Positions 10,461 through 23,911 are shown, numbered from the stretch's first letter. The stretch is DNA of 64,000 nt from an uncultured candidatus Porisulfidus sp. (GCA_965199755.1 CBDASZ010000002.1:96001-160000); one strand, 5' to 3'. Program-made: numbers and translations. Notes: generated from the letters alone by a model not told the origin.

Positions 10461-10486
10461 CATCTTTGGACGAGAGCGTCCGATGA

Positions 10487-12154
<1,668 letters not shown>

Positions 12155-12185
12155 TCAGGTTGTGTGTAAGTAAGTTGAGTCGGAT

Positions 12186-12476
12186 TCAGTCCGTGATGAC
12201 GGCCATGATGTCGTCTTCACGCATCACCACCAGTTCCTCACCATCCAGCTTGCATTCCGTGCCGGAATATTTGCCGAACAGAACATGGTCGCCGACCTTG
12301 ACGCCAAGCGCCTGGGTCTTGCCATCATCCGTCACCTTGCCTGGTCCGACGGCCAGCACTTCGCCGCGTACCGGTTTTTCCGTTGCGTTGTCCGGGATCA
12401 CAATGCCTCCGGGACTGGTGCGCTCTTCTTCGAGACGCTTGATAACCACGCGGTCATGTAAAGGCTGAAGCTTCAT
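12186..12476 (-). CDS. groS: Co-chaperonin GroES
   Basis: PLHDRV...GGIVIPD...EKP motifs; upstream of groL. Confidence 0.99.
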   Translation of the reverse strand: MKLQPLHDRVVIKRLEEERTSPGGIVIPDNATEKPVRGEVLAVGPGKVTDDGKTQALGVKVGDHVLFGKYSGTECKLDGEELVVMREDDIMAVITD

Positions 12477-12565
12477 AGAAAAACTCCTGAAAGTTATTTA
12501 TTGATCAATGAATTACTAGTGGACGGAGAAGCAATTTGCGGTTGCAGCCCATCCGGGTGCCTAAT

Positions 12566-12594
12566 ATATGGGGACACCCGAAAGTAAATTCAAG
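12566..12594 (-). promoter_or_regulatory. Sigma-32 (RpoH) heat-shock promoter of groESL
   Basis: Minus strand CTTGAA-N15-CCCCATAT, matching the sigma-32 consensus, about 90 bp upstream of groS. Confidence 0.85.
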
Positions 12595-12638
12595 GGCTGC
12601 GGAATATCCTAAAATGGCACCGCAAGCACATCTCCACG

Positions 12639-14204
12639 ATGCCCCATTTTACTACCCTGCCCCTACGCCGCGCATTATTGAGCGTGTCGGACAAGAGCGG
12701 CATTGTGCCGCTAGCGCAAACGCTCGCTGAGGCGGGCGTGGAATTACTCTCGACCGGCGGCACCGCCGCCGCCTTGCGCGACGCCGGCCTCACCGTGCAA
12801 GAGGTCGCCGATATCACGGGCTTCCCGGAAATCATGGGCGGGCGCGTCAAGACCCTGCATCCGAAAATCCACGGCGGACTGCTCGCACGCGGCGCGGAAG
12901 ATGAAGAGGTCTGCGAACAACACGGCATCACCCCCATCGATCTTCTGATCGTCAACCTGTACCCGTTCGCGCAGACCATCGCGCAACCGGACTGCACCCG
13001 CGAGGATGCCATTGAGAATATCGACATCGGCGGCCCGGCGATGCTGCGCGCAGCGGCCAAGAACCATGCGCATTGCTGCGTGCTGGTGGACCCAGAAGAC
13101 TATCCGCGCATGATCGAGTGCGTGGCTGCAGGTGACGACGTTGACGCCGAGTGGCGGTTTGAACTCGCAGCCAAGGCATTCGCGCACACCGCGGCGTATG
13201 ACGCGCATATTGCCTCATATCTGTACCAACAACTGGATCCGGAAGCGCGGTTCGGGCGGCGGCTGAATCTGACACTGGAGCGCAAAAGCGCCCTGCGCTA
13301 CGGCGAGAATCCGCATCAGCAAGCGGCGTTCTACCAGTTCCCGCAAGCACCTACCGGCACACTGGCCGCGGCAACTTTGCATCAGGGACAGGAGTTGTCC
13401 TACAACAATCTCGGCGACACTGACGCGGCCTGGGAGTGCGTCCATGAGTTCACCGAACCCGCCTGCGTCATCGTCAAGCACGCCAATCCGTGCGGCGTCG
13501 CGCAAGCCGAAGACTCGGACGCCGCGTATGAAGCGGCCTATCAGACTGATCCGACCTCCGCATTCGGCGGCATCATCGCCTTCAACCGAAGCGTCGATGG
13601 CGCGCTTGCGCAGAAAATCATTGATCAGCAGTTCGTCGAGGTACTGATTGCGCCAGAGTTCGCCCCGGAGGCGCTGGAAGCGCTGTCCGCCAAACCCAAG
13701 CTGCGCGTACTTGAAGCCGGCGTGCTGCAACTCAGTGAACATTGCGCCCTCGTGCACAGCGTCAGCGGCGGATTGCTGGTGCAGACCGTGGATGATGAAC
13801 TTGTCGCCGAGGAGCCGCGCGTGGTCACCGAACGCGCGCCGAGCGCAGCCGAGCACGACAGCCTAATGTTCGCCTGGAAAGTCGCCAAATACGTCAAGTC
13901 CAATGCCATTGTGTACGCGCGGGACACGCGCACGATTGGTGTGGGTGCCGGTCAGATGAGCCGCGTCTACTCCGCGCGCATCGCCGCCATCAAGGCTGCT
14001 GATGAGCAGTTGCCGCTAGACGGCGCGGTTATGGCCTCTGATGCGTTCTTCCCGTTTCGCGACAGCATTGACACCGCCCACGAGGCGGGCATTACCGCCG
14101 TCATTCAGCCCGGCGGCAGTCTGCGTGATGAGGAAGCAATCGCCGCAGCCAACGAGCACGGCATGGCGATGGTGATGACCGGAATGCGACACTTCCGGCA
14201 CTGA
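12639..14204 (+). CDS. purH: Bifunctional AICAR transformylase/IMP cyclohydrolase
   Basis: [38 protein letters not shown] and terminal RHFRH motifs. Confidence 0.98.
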   Translation: MPHFTTLPLRRALLSVSDKSGIVPLAQTLAEAGVELLSTGGTAAALRDAGLTVQEVADITGFPEIMGGRVKTLHPKIHGGLLARGAEDEEVCEQHGITPIDLLIVNLYPFAQTIAQPDCTREDAIENIDIGGPAMLRAAAKNHAHCCVLVDPEDYPRMIECVAAGDDVDAEWRFELAAKAFAHTAAYDAHIASYLYQQLDPEARFGRRLNLTLERKSALRYGENPHQQAAFYQFPQAPTGTLAAATLHQGQELSYNNLGDTDAAWECVHEFTEPACVIVKHANPCGVAQAEDSDAAYEAAYQTDPTSAFGGIIAFNRSVDGALAQKIIDQQFVEVLIAPEFAPEALEALSAKPKLRVLEAGVLQLSEHCALVHSVSGGLLVQTVDDELVAEEPRVVTERAPSAAEHDSLMFAWKVAKYVKSNAIVYARDTRTIGVGAGQMSRVYSARIAAIKAADEQLPLDGAVMASDAFFPFRDSIDTAHEAGITAVIQPGGSLRDEEAIAAANEHGMAMVMTGMRHFRH

Positions 14205-14224
14205 TTCGGGCTGAGACTTCTTAA

Positions 14225-14758
14225 TTAACGATTGAACGGCAGCTTGGTCAGCATCATGGCCATGCCACACGAACCGCTCGCGCCGGCATAGAACAGCCCG
14301 GCACCAATCAGTCCCGACAACCAGAAGTAACTGGGGTTGACCCACGTGCCGAGCGCCACGCCAAGCACTACCAGACCGCCGGCGATCATCTGCACCTGGC
14401 GCATGATCTCAATCGGCGGGCCGCCTTCGGACTCCACCGGATAGCCGGCCTTTTTCCATTCCTGAATGCCGCCTTTCATCACGAAGGTCTGCGGGTAGCC
14501 GACCGCGGCGAGTTGCTCAGCATGCACTTGCGTGCGCCGCCCGCTGCGACAATGAAAAATCCCCGCCTTGTCGCCCGGTGCAACTGACAAGCCGGCCTCC
14601 AGCCCTTCCAGCGGGACCCAGCGCGCACCGGGAATCTTCATACTCTTGCGCTCCCCGGACTCGCGGATGTCAATAATTTCCGCTGCGCCCGCATCCAGTT
14701 GCTGGCGCGCCTCTTCCACAGTGATTTCCTGAACAGTCATGATTTCCTCCGTAGTCAT
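14225..14758 (-). CDS. Rhodanese-domain membrane sulfurtransferase (YgaP-like, DUF2892 C-terminus)
   Basis: HCRSGRRT active-site loop; RQVQMIAG...GSCGMA...LPFN membrane tail. Confidence 0.88.
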   Translation of the reverse strand: MTTEEIMTVQEITVEEARQQLDAGAAEIIDIRESGERKSMKIPGARWVPLEGLEAGLSVAPGDKAGIFHCRSGRRTQVHAEQLAAVGYPQTFVMKGGIQEWKKAGYPVESEGGPPIEIMRQVQMIAGGLVVLGVALGTWVNPSYFWLSGLIGAGLFYAGASGSCGMAMMLTKLPFNR

Positions 14759-14781
14759 GCAGAGTTCTATTTTAAGCCCGT

Positions 14782-15411
14782 CTACAGCCAGTACGCCGTG
14801 CCGGTCATCACCCGGGACGCCACCGCCATCCCTTGGCGGACTTCTTCCGGCAGCGGAATCGCGCCAGCCTGTTCGGCTTTTCGCCGATGCGCATCCTCAT
14901 CCCCACGCATGCGCGTGACAATGGCGCGGCTGCGTGCGTCCTCCTCAGGCAGTTGCTCCAGATGCGACTTCAGGTGCGCGCCGACCTGACGCTCTGTCTC
15001 CTCCACAAAGCCCAGACTGTAGCGATCGCCCGCAAGTCCTACCGCAAACCCGATCGTAAATGAGCCCAAGGCCCAGAACGGGGTCAGATAACTGATGCGC
15101 GAGTCCAACTCCCGTAAGCGCTCGGAGCACCAGTTCAGATGCGCTGTCTCAGAGCGCGCAGCATCCAGCAGATGTTCGCGCACCGTGGATGATCGCGCCA
15201 CCATGGCCTGCCCCAAGTACAGTCCCTGCGCGGCGATCTCGCCGGCATGGTTGACTCGCATAAACGCAGCTGAGCGCGAGCGCTCTTTTTTGCTGAGTTC
15301 GCCGTCTTCCACATTGGCCGCTGGACTGGGGTGGTCAGACGCCGATATTGGCGTGCGCGCTATTTCCGCAAATCGCTGAAACCCGATCATCACTCGATCC
15401 AAAATATCCAT
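14782..15411 (-). CDS. coq7: Di-iron 5-demethoxyubiquinone hydroxylase
   Basis: MRVNHAGE..AQGLY.GQ, E..H and VEETERQV..HL..HL motifs. Confidence 0.93.
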   Translation of the reverse strand: MDILDRVMIGFQRFAEIARTPISASDHPSPAANVEDGELSKKERSRSAAFMRVNHAGEIAAQGLYLGQAMVARSSTVREHLLDAARSETAHLNWCSERLRELDSRISYLTPFWALGSFTIGFAVGLAGDRYSLGFVEETERQVGAHLKSHLEQLPEEDARSRAIVTRMRGDEDAHRRKAEQAGAIPLPEEVRQGMAVASRVMTGTAYWL

Positions 15412-15423
15412 AACACATACCCC

Positions 15424-16620
15424 CTAATAGGTTCTCTGCAATTGCTCCTGCAACAAGTTTACAGGATGGCAGACCCGCGCCTCGTGACTGCTCTCGCGCA
15501 GCACCTGGCGCAGGTGCATCGCGCACCCGATATTGGCCGTCAGCAACGTGTCCGCGCCGCTGTCGCGAAACTCCGCCACCACGCGCTCACCCAGATCCCG
15601 TGCCTGATCCGGTGCCTGAAACGTGGTCATGCCGCCGGCCCCGCAACACAAACTGCCCTCGGCCTCGAACAGGCGCAATTGCGGGATGCGCGCGAGCAAC
15701 TCCCGCGTCGCTTCACTGTGCCCCGGAATCTGTCGCGCCGTACACGGCTGATGCAACCACACCTTGCTTGCACTGGGTCGAAACTGCAAGCGCCCCTGCA
15801 TCGCTGACAGATACTGCAACACCTCCCGATGCCGCGACGCCCAGGTGGTGGCTTTCGGATCGTCGCAATGCTGCGGATAGTCGCGGAACTCAAGTGCACA
15901 GCCGGTCGCCACGGAAGTCAGTACATTGCAAGACTGCGCACGGGAACAGCCCAGATTGGCACGCACCTGGACGTCAGAGCGCGTGTCGTCTCCCTGATGC
16001 CGCGCCAAAGCACCGCAACAACCGCCGCCATCAATCCAGCGCACCCGCGCGCCCGTGTGCTCCAATAGTGCGGCGGCATCGTTTAAGGTCGCGCGATCCA
16101 CCACATCCGTGACGCAGCCGGTGAACAGGCCGATCTCGTCCACGCCCTCCTGCGTCGACAATGCGCGCCGCCGCCACTGCACGCGCGAAGGCAGCACTGC
16201 CACGACGTGATGCGGTTTCCATTTCTGCCAGCGCGACAGTACACCGCTGACGCTTGCCAGCCACAAGGTGGTACGCAGCAGCATCTTGCGTACGGGAGAG
16301 CGGAACAGGAAGTCCTGCCACAGCCGGCGCACCGGCCAACGTTTGCGCGCCTGGTCCATTAAATGAGCAAACGGCACCTGCGCCGGACACACCGCTTCAC
16401 ACGCCCGGCACATCAGACAGGCATCCAGTCGCGCCCGCACCGTGGTATCTGGCTGCAGCGCACCGCCCGCTAGCGCCGCGATCAATTCCACTCGCCCGCG
16501 TGGCGAGTCGCTTTCGCGCTGTGAATGCGACCAGCTCGGACACTGCGGCAGACACAGGCCACACTTGACGCACTGCCCGGCCGCCGCGCTGAGGTCATGG
16601 AGAGAGGAATGCGAGTTCAT
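15424..16620 (-). CDS. GlcF-like Fe-S protein (2x[4Fe-4S] plus two CCG domains)
   Basis: CVKCGLCLPQCP, SPRGR, CLMCRACEAVCP and two CCGA motifs. Confidence 0.85.
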   Translation of the reverse strand: MNSHSSLHDLSAAAGQCVKCGLCLPQCPSWSHSQRESDSPRGRVELIAALAGGALQPDTTVRARLDACLMCRACEAVCPAQVPFAHLMDQARKRWPVRRLWQDFLFRSPVRKMLLRTTLWLASVSGVLSRWQKWKPHHVVAVLPSRVQWRRRALSTQEGVDEIGLFTGCVTDVVDRATLNDAAALLEHTGARVRWIDGGGCCGALARHQGDDTRSDVQVRANLGCSRAQSCNVLTSVATGCALEFRDYPQHCDDPKATTWASRHREVLQYLSAMQGRLQFRPSASKVWLHQPCTARQIPGHSEATRELLARIPQLRLFEAEGSLCCGAGGMTTFQAPDQARDLGERVVAEFRDSGADTLLTANIGCAMHLRQVLRESSHEARVCHPVNLLQEQLQRTY

Positions 16621-16757
16621 GTGTACACCTTAACAGAGAAACCACACAGCTGAGTGCCTCTATAGGAAAATTTTTGCGTCCTGTTGCAACTCACCAAAAA
16701 ATCATATTGCGCACCCAGACTGTGCGCATCCCTAGGCCTTATCGGACAACTCACAGG

Positions 16758-16777
16758 TTATCCACCGATTACCCACC
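16758..16777 (+). promoter_or_regulatory. Putative DnaA boxes upstream of nrdA
   Basis: TTATCCACC (16758-16766) and TTACCCACC (16769-16777), 1-2 mismatches to TTATCCACA. DnaA control of nrdAB is known in E. coli. Confidence 0.55.
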
Positions 16778-16806
16778 GCAGGCGCACAACTAATGCTACC
16801 CCTAAT

Positions 16807-16854
16807 ACACAAGTAGTAGCGCTTGACAATGAGTGAAAACACTATATATTGTTA
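16807..16854 (+). promoter_or_regulatory. Tandem NrdR boxes overlapping a sigma-70 promoter
   Basis: ACACTATATATTGTTA (16839-16854) is near consensus; weaker ACACAAGTAGTAGCGC lies 32 bp upstream. TTGACA at 16823 with TATATT at 16845. Confidence 0.8.
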
Positions 16855-16933
16855 GCAGGGATTTTGCCCCCTAGTGTTCAGGCTCGCTAAACCTGAACCT
16901 GAAAAGCCAAATAATTTGGAGGACAACAGCTCA

Positions 16934-19837
16934 ATGGAAACCGAACTCCCAGGCGCTCAGATTGAGCCTACCGCACCGCCACCGACCCCGGAGTCGGCCG
17001 CCACGACCGCCAACCTGCAAGCCGAGGCACCCGGCAAGTATCGGGTCATTCGGCGCAACCGCCAGCAGACGCCGTTTGATGAGACCAAGATTCAGGTCGC
17101 CATCACCAAAGCCTTCCTTGAAGTGGAAGGCGGCACCGCGGCCGCCTCCAGCCGCATCCACAACATTGTCGAGGATCTGACTCGTCAGACCGTGCACGCC
17201 CTGACCCGAAGCCATCCCGGCGGCGGTATCTTCCACATCGAGGACATTCAGGATCATGTCGAACTGGCCCTGATGCGCGCCGGCCACCACAAGGTCGCGC
17301 GCGAGTACGTCCTGTACCGCGAACGACGCGCGCAAGAACGCCAAGAGGCCAAGCAGGACAGCGGCAGCGAAGAGAGCGCCAGCGGACCGATCACGGTGCT
17401 CACGGCTGACGGCGACAGCAAGCCGCTTGACGTCGCGCGCCTGCGCCGCATTACTGATGCTGCGTGTGACGGCATTGATGATGTCACCGCCACACCGATT
17501 CTGGACGAAACCCTGCGCAACCTGTACGACGGCGTGGCTGAGGCCGATGTCGACAAGCAGCTGGCCATCAGCACCCGCGCGCTGATCGAAACAGAGCCGA
17601 ACTACACCTACGTCGCCGCGCGACTGCTGCTCAACACCTTGCGCCAGGACGCGCTGGGCTTTCTGTACGGACCGACCGCGGCCTTGACTGAGGAAGCGTC
17701 CGACACCCTCTACACCGATTACTTCCCGAACTACATCCGCCGGGGCGTGGAGCTGGAATTGCTAAGCCCGCATCTGGCTCAGGAATTCAATCTTGAACGT
17801 CTGGCCGCCGCTATCGTGCCGGAACGCGATCTGCAATTCACCTATCTGGGTCTGCAAACGCTCTACGACCGCTATTTCATCCATTCAGACAGCACGCGCT
17901 TCGAGCTGCCGCAAGCCTTCTTCATGCGCGTCTCCATGGGGCTGGCCGGACAGGAAGTCGACCACGAAGAGCAAACCATCCGCTTCTACAACCTGCTGTC
18001 GCGCTTTGACTTTATGTCCTCCACGCCGACGCTATTCAATTCCGGCACCCTGCGCCCGCAGCTGTCGTCGTGCTACCTAACCACCGTGCCCGACAACCTC
18101 GACGGCATCTTCAACTCGATCAAGGACGATGCCATGCTGTCGAAATACGCCGGCGGCCTTGGCAACGACTGGAGTCGCGTGCGCGCCATGGGTTCCTACA
18201 TCAAAGGCACCAACGGCAAGTCCCAAGGCATTGTGCCGTTCCTCAAGGTGGCCAACGACACCGCGGTGGCGGTCAATCAGGGCGGCAAGCGCAAAGGCGC
18301 GATGTGCGCCTATCTGGAGACTTGGCATCTCGATATTGAGGAGTTTCTGGAGTTGCGCAAGAACACCGGCGATGACCGACGGCGCACCCATGACATGAAT
18401 ACCGCCAACTGGGTGCCCGACCTGTTCATGGAGCGCGTCGCTGAGGATGGCCAGTGGACCCTGTTCAGCCCGAATGAGACGCCGGACCTGCATGATCTCT
18501 ACGGCACCGCCTTCCGTGAGCGTTACGAAGAATATGAGCGCCGCGCAGACAGCGGACAGATGAAGAACTTCAAGCGTCTGCCTGCAAAAAGCCTGTGGCG
18601 CAAGATGCTCGGCATGCTGTTTGAGACCGGCCACCCGTGGCTCACTTTCAAGGATCCCTGCAACCTGCGCTCGCCGCAGCAGCATACGGGCGTAGTGCAC
18701 TCCTCCAACCTGTGCACTGAAATCACCCTCAACACCTCGGATGACGAGATTGCCGTATGCAATCTCGGCTCCGTTAATCTGGCCGCGCACATTGATGAGA
18801 ACGGCCTGATGATGGACAAACTCGAGGACACCGTGCGCACTGCCATGCGCATGCTCGACAACGTTATCGACTACAACTACTACAGCGTCGCCAAGGCGCG
18901 CCAGTCCAATTTGCGCCACCGCCCGGTCGGGCTCGGCATGATGGGCTTTCAGGATGCCCTGTACAAGTTGGGTGTGCCCTATCAAAGCCAGGAGGCTGTG
19001 GAGTTCGCTGACCAGTCCATGGAAGCGGTCAGTTACTTCGCCATTGACGCCTCGGCCGACCTCGCCCGCGAACGCGGCACGTATCCCTCTTTTACCGAGT
19101 CGCTGTGGGCCCAAGGCATCCTGCCGGTGGACTCCATGACCAAGGTGCGCGAAGCGCGCGGCGAGCAGTGGTATCAGGTCGACACCAGCATGAAACTGGA
19201 CTGGGACCGCTTGCGGGAGAAAGTCAAAGGCGGCATGCGCAACTCCAACACCATGGCGATCGCGCCAACTGCGACGATCTCCAATATCACCGGAGTCACC
19301 CAAAGCATTGAGCCGACGTACCAGAACTTGTTCGTCAAGTCGAACCTGTCGGGCGAATTCACCGTCGTCAATCTGCACTTGGCGCGGAAACTGAAAGAAC
19401 TCGGCCTGTGGGACAACGTCATGGTCAATGACCTCAAGCACTACTCAGGCAGCCTGCTGGACATTGCCCGTGTGCCGGATGAGATCAAGAAACTGTACGC
19501 CACGGCCTTTGAGATGGATGCGCGCTGGCTGGTCGAAGCCGCCTCGCGACGCCAGAAGTGGATTGATCAGGCGCAATCCCTGAACCTGTACATCGCGCAG
19601 CCGTCCGGCAAGGAGCTTGATTCGCTCTACAAACTCGCGTGGGTGCGCGGGCTGAAGACGACCTATTACTTGCGCTCGGTGGCCGCCTCCCACGTGGAGA
19701 AAAGCACCGGCGATCAGCGCAATGTCCTAAACACCGTGTCCGCTCATACGGACCAAAGCAATGGCAACGGTGCCGCACAGGCACAAGCCTGCCCCCTGAA
19801 TCTGAACGGCGAGGATGAGTGCGAAGCCTGCACCTGA
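16934..19837 (+). CDS. nrdA: Ribonucleoside-diphosphate reductase alpha subunit (class Ia, ATP-cones)
   Basis: [40 protein letters not shown] and C-terminal CEAC. GGAGGA RBS precedes ATG 16934. Confidence 0.97.
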   Translation: METELPGAQIEPTAPPPTPESAATTANLQAEAPGKYRVIRRNRQQTPFDETKIQVAITKAFLEVEGGTAAASSRIHNIVEDLTRQTVHALTRSHPGGGIFHIEDIQDHVELALMRAGHHKVAREYVLYRERRAQERQEAKQDSGSEESASGPITVLTADGDSKPLDVARLRRITDAACDGIDDVTATPILDETLRNLYDGVAEADVDKQLAISTRALIETEPNYTYVAARLLLNTLRQDALGFLYGPTAALTEEASDTLYTDYFPNYIRRGVELELLSPHLAQEFNLERLAAAIVPERDLQFTYLGLQTLYDRYFIHSDSTRFELPQAFFMRVSMGLAGQEVDHEEQTIRFYNLLSRFDFMSSTPTLFNSGTLRPQLSSCYLTTVPDNLDGIFNSIKDDAMLSKYAGGLGNDWSRVRAMGSYIKGTNGKSQGIVPFLKVANDTAVAVNQGGKRKGAMCAYLETWHLDIEEFLELRKNTGDDRRRTHDMNTANWVPDLFMERVAEDGQWTLFSPNETPDLHDLYGTAFRERYEEYERRADSGQMKNFKRLPAKSLWRKMLGMLFETGHPWLTFKDPCNLRSPQQHTGVVHSSNLCTEITLNTSDDEIAVCNLGSVNLAAHIDENGLMMDKLEDTVRTAMRMLDNVIDYNYYSVAKARQSNLRHRPVGLGMMGFQDALYKLGVPYQSQEAVEFADQSMEAVSYFAIDASADLARERGTYPSFTESLWAQGILPVDSMTKVREARGEQWYQVDTSMKLDWDRLREKVKGGMRNSNTMAIAPTATISNITGVTQSIEPTYQNLFVKSNLSGEFTVVNLHLARKLKELGLWDNVMVNDLKHYSGSLLDIARVPDEIKKLYATAFEMDARWLVEAASRRQKWIDQAQSLNLYIAQPSGKELDSLYKLAWVRGLKTTYYLRSVAASHVEKSTGDQRNVLNTVSAHTDQSNGNGAAQAQACPLNLNGEDECEACT

Positions 19838-19865
19838 GTCGCATCTGGAAACTAAGGAGTCTGTT

Positions 19866-21068
19866 ATGAACACTTCACCCCCTGATCTGTGGAACGATCC
19901 GCTCCAGCCCGCTTTGCAAAACGGCAACGGGGCGGTCCCGAATATCCCTGCAGAGATTGCACCGGAATCGGTGCCTCCCCTGCCTGAAGTCGACACGCAT
20001 GAGGAGGAATCCGCAGGATCCACCGGACTGGAATCTCTGGAAATGGGCGCGGCCCGAATCCAGGTCGATGACAAGCAGATCATTAACTGCCGGGCTGATC
20101 TGAATCAGCTGGTGCCCTTCAAGTACACCTGGGCCTGGGAGAAATATCTGGCCGCCTGCAACAACCACTGGATGCCGCAGGAAGTGAACATGACGGCCGA
20201 CATTGAGCTGTGGAAGAACCCCGAAGGTCTGACCGAGGATGAGCGCATGATCGTCATGCGCAATCTGGGCTTCTTCTCCACTGCGGACTCGCTGGTCGCC
20301 AATAATCTGGTGCTGGCCGTCTACCGGCACATCACCAACCCGGAATGCCGCCAGTACCTGCTGCGACAAGCCTTCGAGGAGGCCATCCATACCCATGCCT
20401 ACCAGTACTGTGTCGAGTCACTGGGACTGGATCAGGGTGAAGTCTTCAACATGTATCGCGAATTGCCATCCGTTGCGCGCAAAGCGGAATGGGCGCTGCC
20501 GTTTACCCAAAGTCTGGGAGATCCCAACTTCCGCACCGGAACGTTTGAAAACAATCAGCGCCTACTACGAGACCTGATCGCGTTCTATGTGGTTTTTGAA
20601 GGGATCTTCTTCTATGTGGGATTCTCCCAGATCTTATCTATGGGACGGCGCAACAAATTGACTGGTGTGGCCGAGCAGTTCCAATACATCCTGCGCGATG
20701 AGTCGATGCACATGAACTTTGGTATCGACGTGATCAATCAGATCAAACTGGAAAACCCCGACCTGTGGACCGGAGAGTTTCAGCAGAAGATGACTGACCT
20801 GATTCTGGAAGGCGTCGACATGGAAGTCGCTTATGCCTACGACACAATGCCGCGCGGCATCCTCGGCATGAACGCCAGCCTGTTTGAGGAATACGTCCAC
20901 TTCATCGCCAACCGGCGACTGAACCAGATCGGACTCGAAGCCCAATTTGCCGGTGCGCAGAATCCGTTCCAATGGATGTCAGAGACTCTGGATCTGCAGA
21001 AAGAGAAGAACTTCTTTGAGACCCGTGTGACCGAGTACCAAACGGGTGGTGCACTGTCCTGGGATTAA
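19866..21068 (+). CDS. nrdB: Ribonucleoside-diphosphate reductase beta subunit
   Basis: [17 protein letters not shown] (radical Tyr present), RDESMH and [10 protein letters not shown] motifs. Confidence 0.97.
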   Translation: MNTSPPDLWNDPLQPALQNGNGAVPNIPAEIAPESVPPLPEVDTHEEESAGSTGLESLEMGAARIQVDDKQIINCRADLNQLVPFKYTWAWEKYLAACNNHWMPQEVNMTADIELWKNPEGLTEDERMIVMRNLGFFSTADSLVANNLVLAVYRHITNPECRQYLLRQAFEEAIHTHAYQYCVESLGLDQGEVFNMYRELPSVARKAEWALPFTQSLGDPNFRTGTFENNQRLLRDLIAFYVVFEGIFFYVGFSQILSMGRRNKLTGVAEQFQYILRDESMHMNFGIDVINQIKLENPDLWTGEFQQKMTDLILEGVDMEVAYAYDTMPRGILGMNASLFEEYVHFIANRRLNQIGLEAQFAGAQNPFQWMSETLDLQKEKNFFETRVTEYQTGGALSWD

Positions 21069-21101
21069 GTGCCAAAACAATAAAAATTGGAAAGGGATTG
21101 T

Positions 21102-21130
21102 TCAGGCGGCTTCGGTCGCCTGATCTTTTG
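21102..21130 (+). terminator. Rho-independent terminator of nrdAB
   Basis: TCAGGCGGC-TTCG-GTCGCCTGA followed by TCTTTT. Confidence 0.85.
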
Positions 21131-21139
21131 TGCCTGATG

Positions 21140-23239
21140 CTACGTCGTCAGCCTCCGATAAATATCTGATACCTGATACGGCAGCCGCCGTATATCACTG
21201 ACCACAGTGTAGTTGCCCAAACCATACATGTGCGGCAGATACTCCTGCCCTTCCTCATCAATCGTAATGCAGAATGAGTGAATGCCGCTTCGGCGCGCCT
21301 CCAGCAGTGCCTGGCGCGTATCTTCAATCCCGTACTCGCCACGATAGTCCGTATAGTCTTCAGGCCGCCCGTCGGACAATGTGATCAGCAACTTGCTGCG
21401 CGCATCCACCTGATTGAGTTGTTCGGACAAGTGCCGAATCGCCGCACCCATGCGCGTGTAATCCTGCGGCAGAATGCCACTGATTCGTGCAGCCACTGTA
21501 TCATCATACGCTTCATCAAAACGTTTGATGCTGAATACTTCACAGCGCTTGCGCGTGATGCCGGAAAAGCCATAAATTGCGTATTGATCCTGCAGGCGCT
21601 GCAGCGCCTCGCATAGCAGAATCAGCGCTTCACGCTCCACTTCATTGACCCAGCCTTTGGTGGAGCCGCTCATATCCACCATAAACATCACCGCGATGCT
21701 GCGCTCATTGCGTGCCTGGCGCGTGAATACCCGCTGCGTCATCTCACGTCCGGTCCGCGCATCAGACAGCGCCTGCACCAATGCGTCCAGGTCCACATCT
21801 TCACCATCAGGCTCACGCCGCAGCAGTGCCGGTGAGGCGCGGATAATCTCGAAAGTACGCAGCAAGGAATGGGCGAGACCGTGATACTTCTTCAGCGTCC
21901 TTTGCGGGAAGGCGTCATACTGCGCGTGCACCGGGCGTTCGCGCAACACGCACCAGTCCTTGCGATAACTGCCGCGGACATGATCCCACTCCCGATAGTG
22001 CCATGCCCCTTCCTCATGGTAGGTGCCCTTCCAGACATCCTCGGCGCTGGTTTCCGGCTGGGCCTGCGCGTCATATTCACCCGGCCCCGCAGGAGACAGA
22101 TATTCCTCCGGGATTTCTCCCAAATCCTGATGAATCGAGGTCATCAGACGCACCATCGAATCCGGCGGCTCAATCGGTCGATCATCCAGCAGCAATTCCA
22201 CAGATCCTAAATCTTGTGCATCACTCTCTCGCTCCAGTAGCCGGAACTGCCCCGGGCCTTGCTCCACAACTTCTTCCTCTTGCTCCCGCATCACCGCCAG
22301 AGCCTCGCGAAATTCCTGACGCTCCCTGTCAATGCGCGCCTCGCGAACTTCCTGCGCCTGTTGCGGACGCAACACACCCTGATAACATCGCGGCTGCGGC
22401 TCTTCCTGCGCATACATCTGTTCAAGCCAATTCCAACTGTCTGAGGCTCCTGCGCCCTCCACGCTCAGCGCCTCTTGCGCCTCCTGCCATATCCCGGATA
22501 ACGACACTTCTTTCAGGCTTTCGCTCAAGACCCCCTGAAGCCGCGCGATACCTGGCAGTTCGCGCGCCAGAACCGCATCCAGACGACAAGTCTCAAGCCG
22601 GTGAAACAGCCGGGTCGCACGCTCCTGATCCTCGAACGCCTCCCACGTATGACGTTCTACTTCCTGCCAAGTGCCGTAGCGGCATTGCGCCCACAGATGC
22701 GCCGCCATCACTTTGTACAGAGAAAAGTTCTCCTCCGGTGTCGGAAACACTTCCAGCAACTCCGGCAGGTACACCACAGCAGTGTCGGTATACCCCTGAT
22801 CAGCCACCTCCACACTCAGGATCCGCCCGCTCAGGCCATGCACGAACCCTTCCAGAACCCGCCGCACTTCCGCAAGTTCCAGAGCGCTCACGCGGCGACG
22901 ATGCTGCGCCACAAATTCCTCCAGCGCCTGCACCCGCGCGACTCCAGCCGTCAGCCCCTGACGGTCAAATTCGTCTATGGCCTCAAGGATCCAGCTCTCC
23001 ACCGCGTCTGTATCCAGTTGCTGCAACGCCTCCGCCGCCAGATTGGCGACCTGATAGCCCATTTCCGCATTGGTCTTGGCAATCGCGGCCACCCAATGCA
23101 GCACAAATTCCTGCTCCGTACGGCTGCGCCCGGCCAAATGTTCCGCAGGCGCACGCGCCGTGCGCCGCGATGACAGCACCGCATCGATCTGCTCTTCAAG
23201 CCGTTCTTCCAACTCCTCGGCGGTATAAGGGGACGACAT
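21140..23239 (-). CDS. CbbO/NorD-family VWA-domain protein
   Basis: YREWDH..SYRKDWC, DGEDVDLDA, MIDAS DMSGST, YTRMGAAIRH and LSDGRP motifs. Confidence 0.88.
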   Translation of the reverse strand: MSSPYTAEELEERLEEQIDAVLSSRRTARAPAEHLAGRSRTEQEFVLHWVAAIAKTNAEMGYQVANLAAEALQQLDTDAVESWILEAIDEFDRQGLTAGVARVQALEEFVAQHRRRVSALELAEVRRVLEGFVHGLSGRILSVEVADQGYTDTAVVYLPELLEVFPTPEENFSLYKVMAAHLWAQCRYGTWQEVERHTWEAFEDQERATRLFHRLETCRLDAVLARELPGIARLQGVLSESLKEVSLSGIWQEAQEALSVEGAGASDSWNWLEQMYAQEEPQPRCYQGVLRPQQAQEVREARIDRERQEFREALAVMREQEEEVVEQGPGQFRLLERESDAQDLGSVELLLDDRPIEPPDSMVRLMTSIHQDLGEIPEEYLSPAGPGEYDAQAQPETSAEDVWKGTYHEEGAWHYREWDHVRGSYRKDWCVLRERPVHAQYDAFPQRTLKKYHGLAHSLLRTFEIIRASPALLRREPDGEDVDLDALVQALSDARTGREMTQRVFTRQARNERSIAVMFMVDMSGSTKGWVNEVEREALILLCEALQRLQDQYAIYGFSGITRKRCEVFSIKRFDEAYDDTVAARISGILPQDYTRMGAAIRHLSEQLNQVDARSKLLITLSDGRPEDYTDYRGEYGIEDTRQALLEARRSGIHSFCITIDEEGQEYLPHMYGLGNYTVVSDIRRLPYQVSDIYRRLTT

Positions 23240-23290
23240 AGACAAGTACAATTCCGATGTGATTATCCAGTATAGAAGGTACTCGACTGA

Positions 23291-23911
23291 ATGACCCTCA
23301 CCCCTGAAGAATTGCGACTCAATCGCCAGACGCGGGAGTTACGGGTGCGCTTTGGCGACGGTAAGGAGTTTGCCCTGCCGTGCGAGTACCTGCGTATATT
23401 TTCACCTTCCGCAGAAGTCAAGACTGCGCGAGCGCGCGGGGACCTCGTCACCGACAAGCAGGGAGTCAACATTGAGCGCATTGAGCCTTATGGCACGTAT
23501 GCCGTGCGCTTGTATTTCGATGACGGGCATGACACGGGCATTTATTCCTGGGAGACGCTGTACGAATTAGGTGAGCACTATCAGCGCAACTGGCAGGAAT
23601 ACCTGATGGAGCTGGAGCGCAAGACCATGTCGACGGATGCGCATGGGGAGCGCCATATCACGGTACTGCTGTTCGCGACGCTGGCGGAGCAGTTGGACAC
23701 GGAGCGAATAGATGTGGTTCTGCCGGGCGATGTCGCGAGTGTCGCGGAGTTGCTGTTCTGGCTTCGCAAGCGCAGCGACGCATGGCATGAAGCAATCAAC
23801 CCCAGCCGCATCACAGTCACTGTCAATCGCCAGTTCGCCGATACCACCATACGCCTGCGCCATGGCGATGAAGTCTCGCTCACACCCATCTACAAAAAGA
23901 AGGAAGCCTAG
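23291..23911 (+). CDS. DUF971 domain fused to a MoaD/ThiS-like beta-grasp domain
   Basis: EYLRIFSPSAEV...YAVRLYFDDGHDTGIYSW (DUF971), then ITVLLFATLAE...VNRQFA...LRHGDEVSLTP (MoaD-like). Confidence 0.82.
   Translation: MTLTPEELRLNRQTRELRVRFGDGKEFALPCEYLRIFSPSAEVKTARARGDLVTDKQGVNIERIEPYGTYAVRLYFDDGHDTGIYSWETLYELGEHYQRNWQEYLMELERKTMSTDAHGERHITVLLFATLAEQLDTERIDVVLPGDVASVAELLFWLRKRSDAWHEAINPSRITVTVNRQFADTTIRLRHGDEVSLTPIYKKKEA

Noticed and set aside
18077-19441. Long antisense ORF (454 aa) in nrdA; similar ones at 10529..11728, 22003..23241 and 48081..49004
   Set aside because: Expected antisense or alternative open frames of high-GC genes; no motifs or RBS.
19866-21068. Possible class Ic (Mn/Fe) NrdB
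   Set aside because: Asp first ligand and radical Tyr (EEAIHTHAY) are present, so it is ordinary class Ia.
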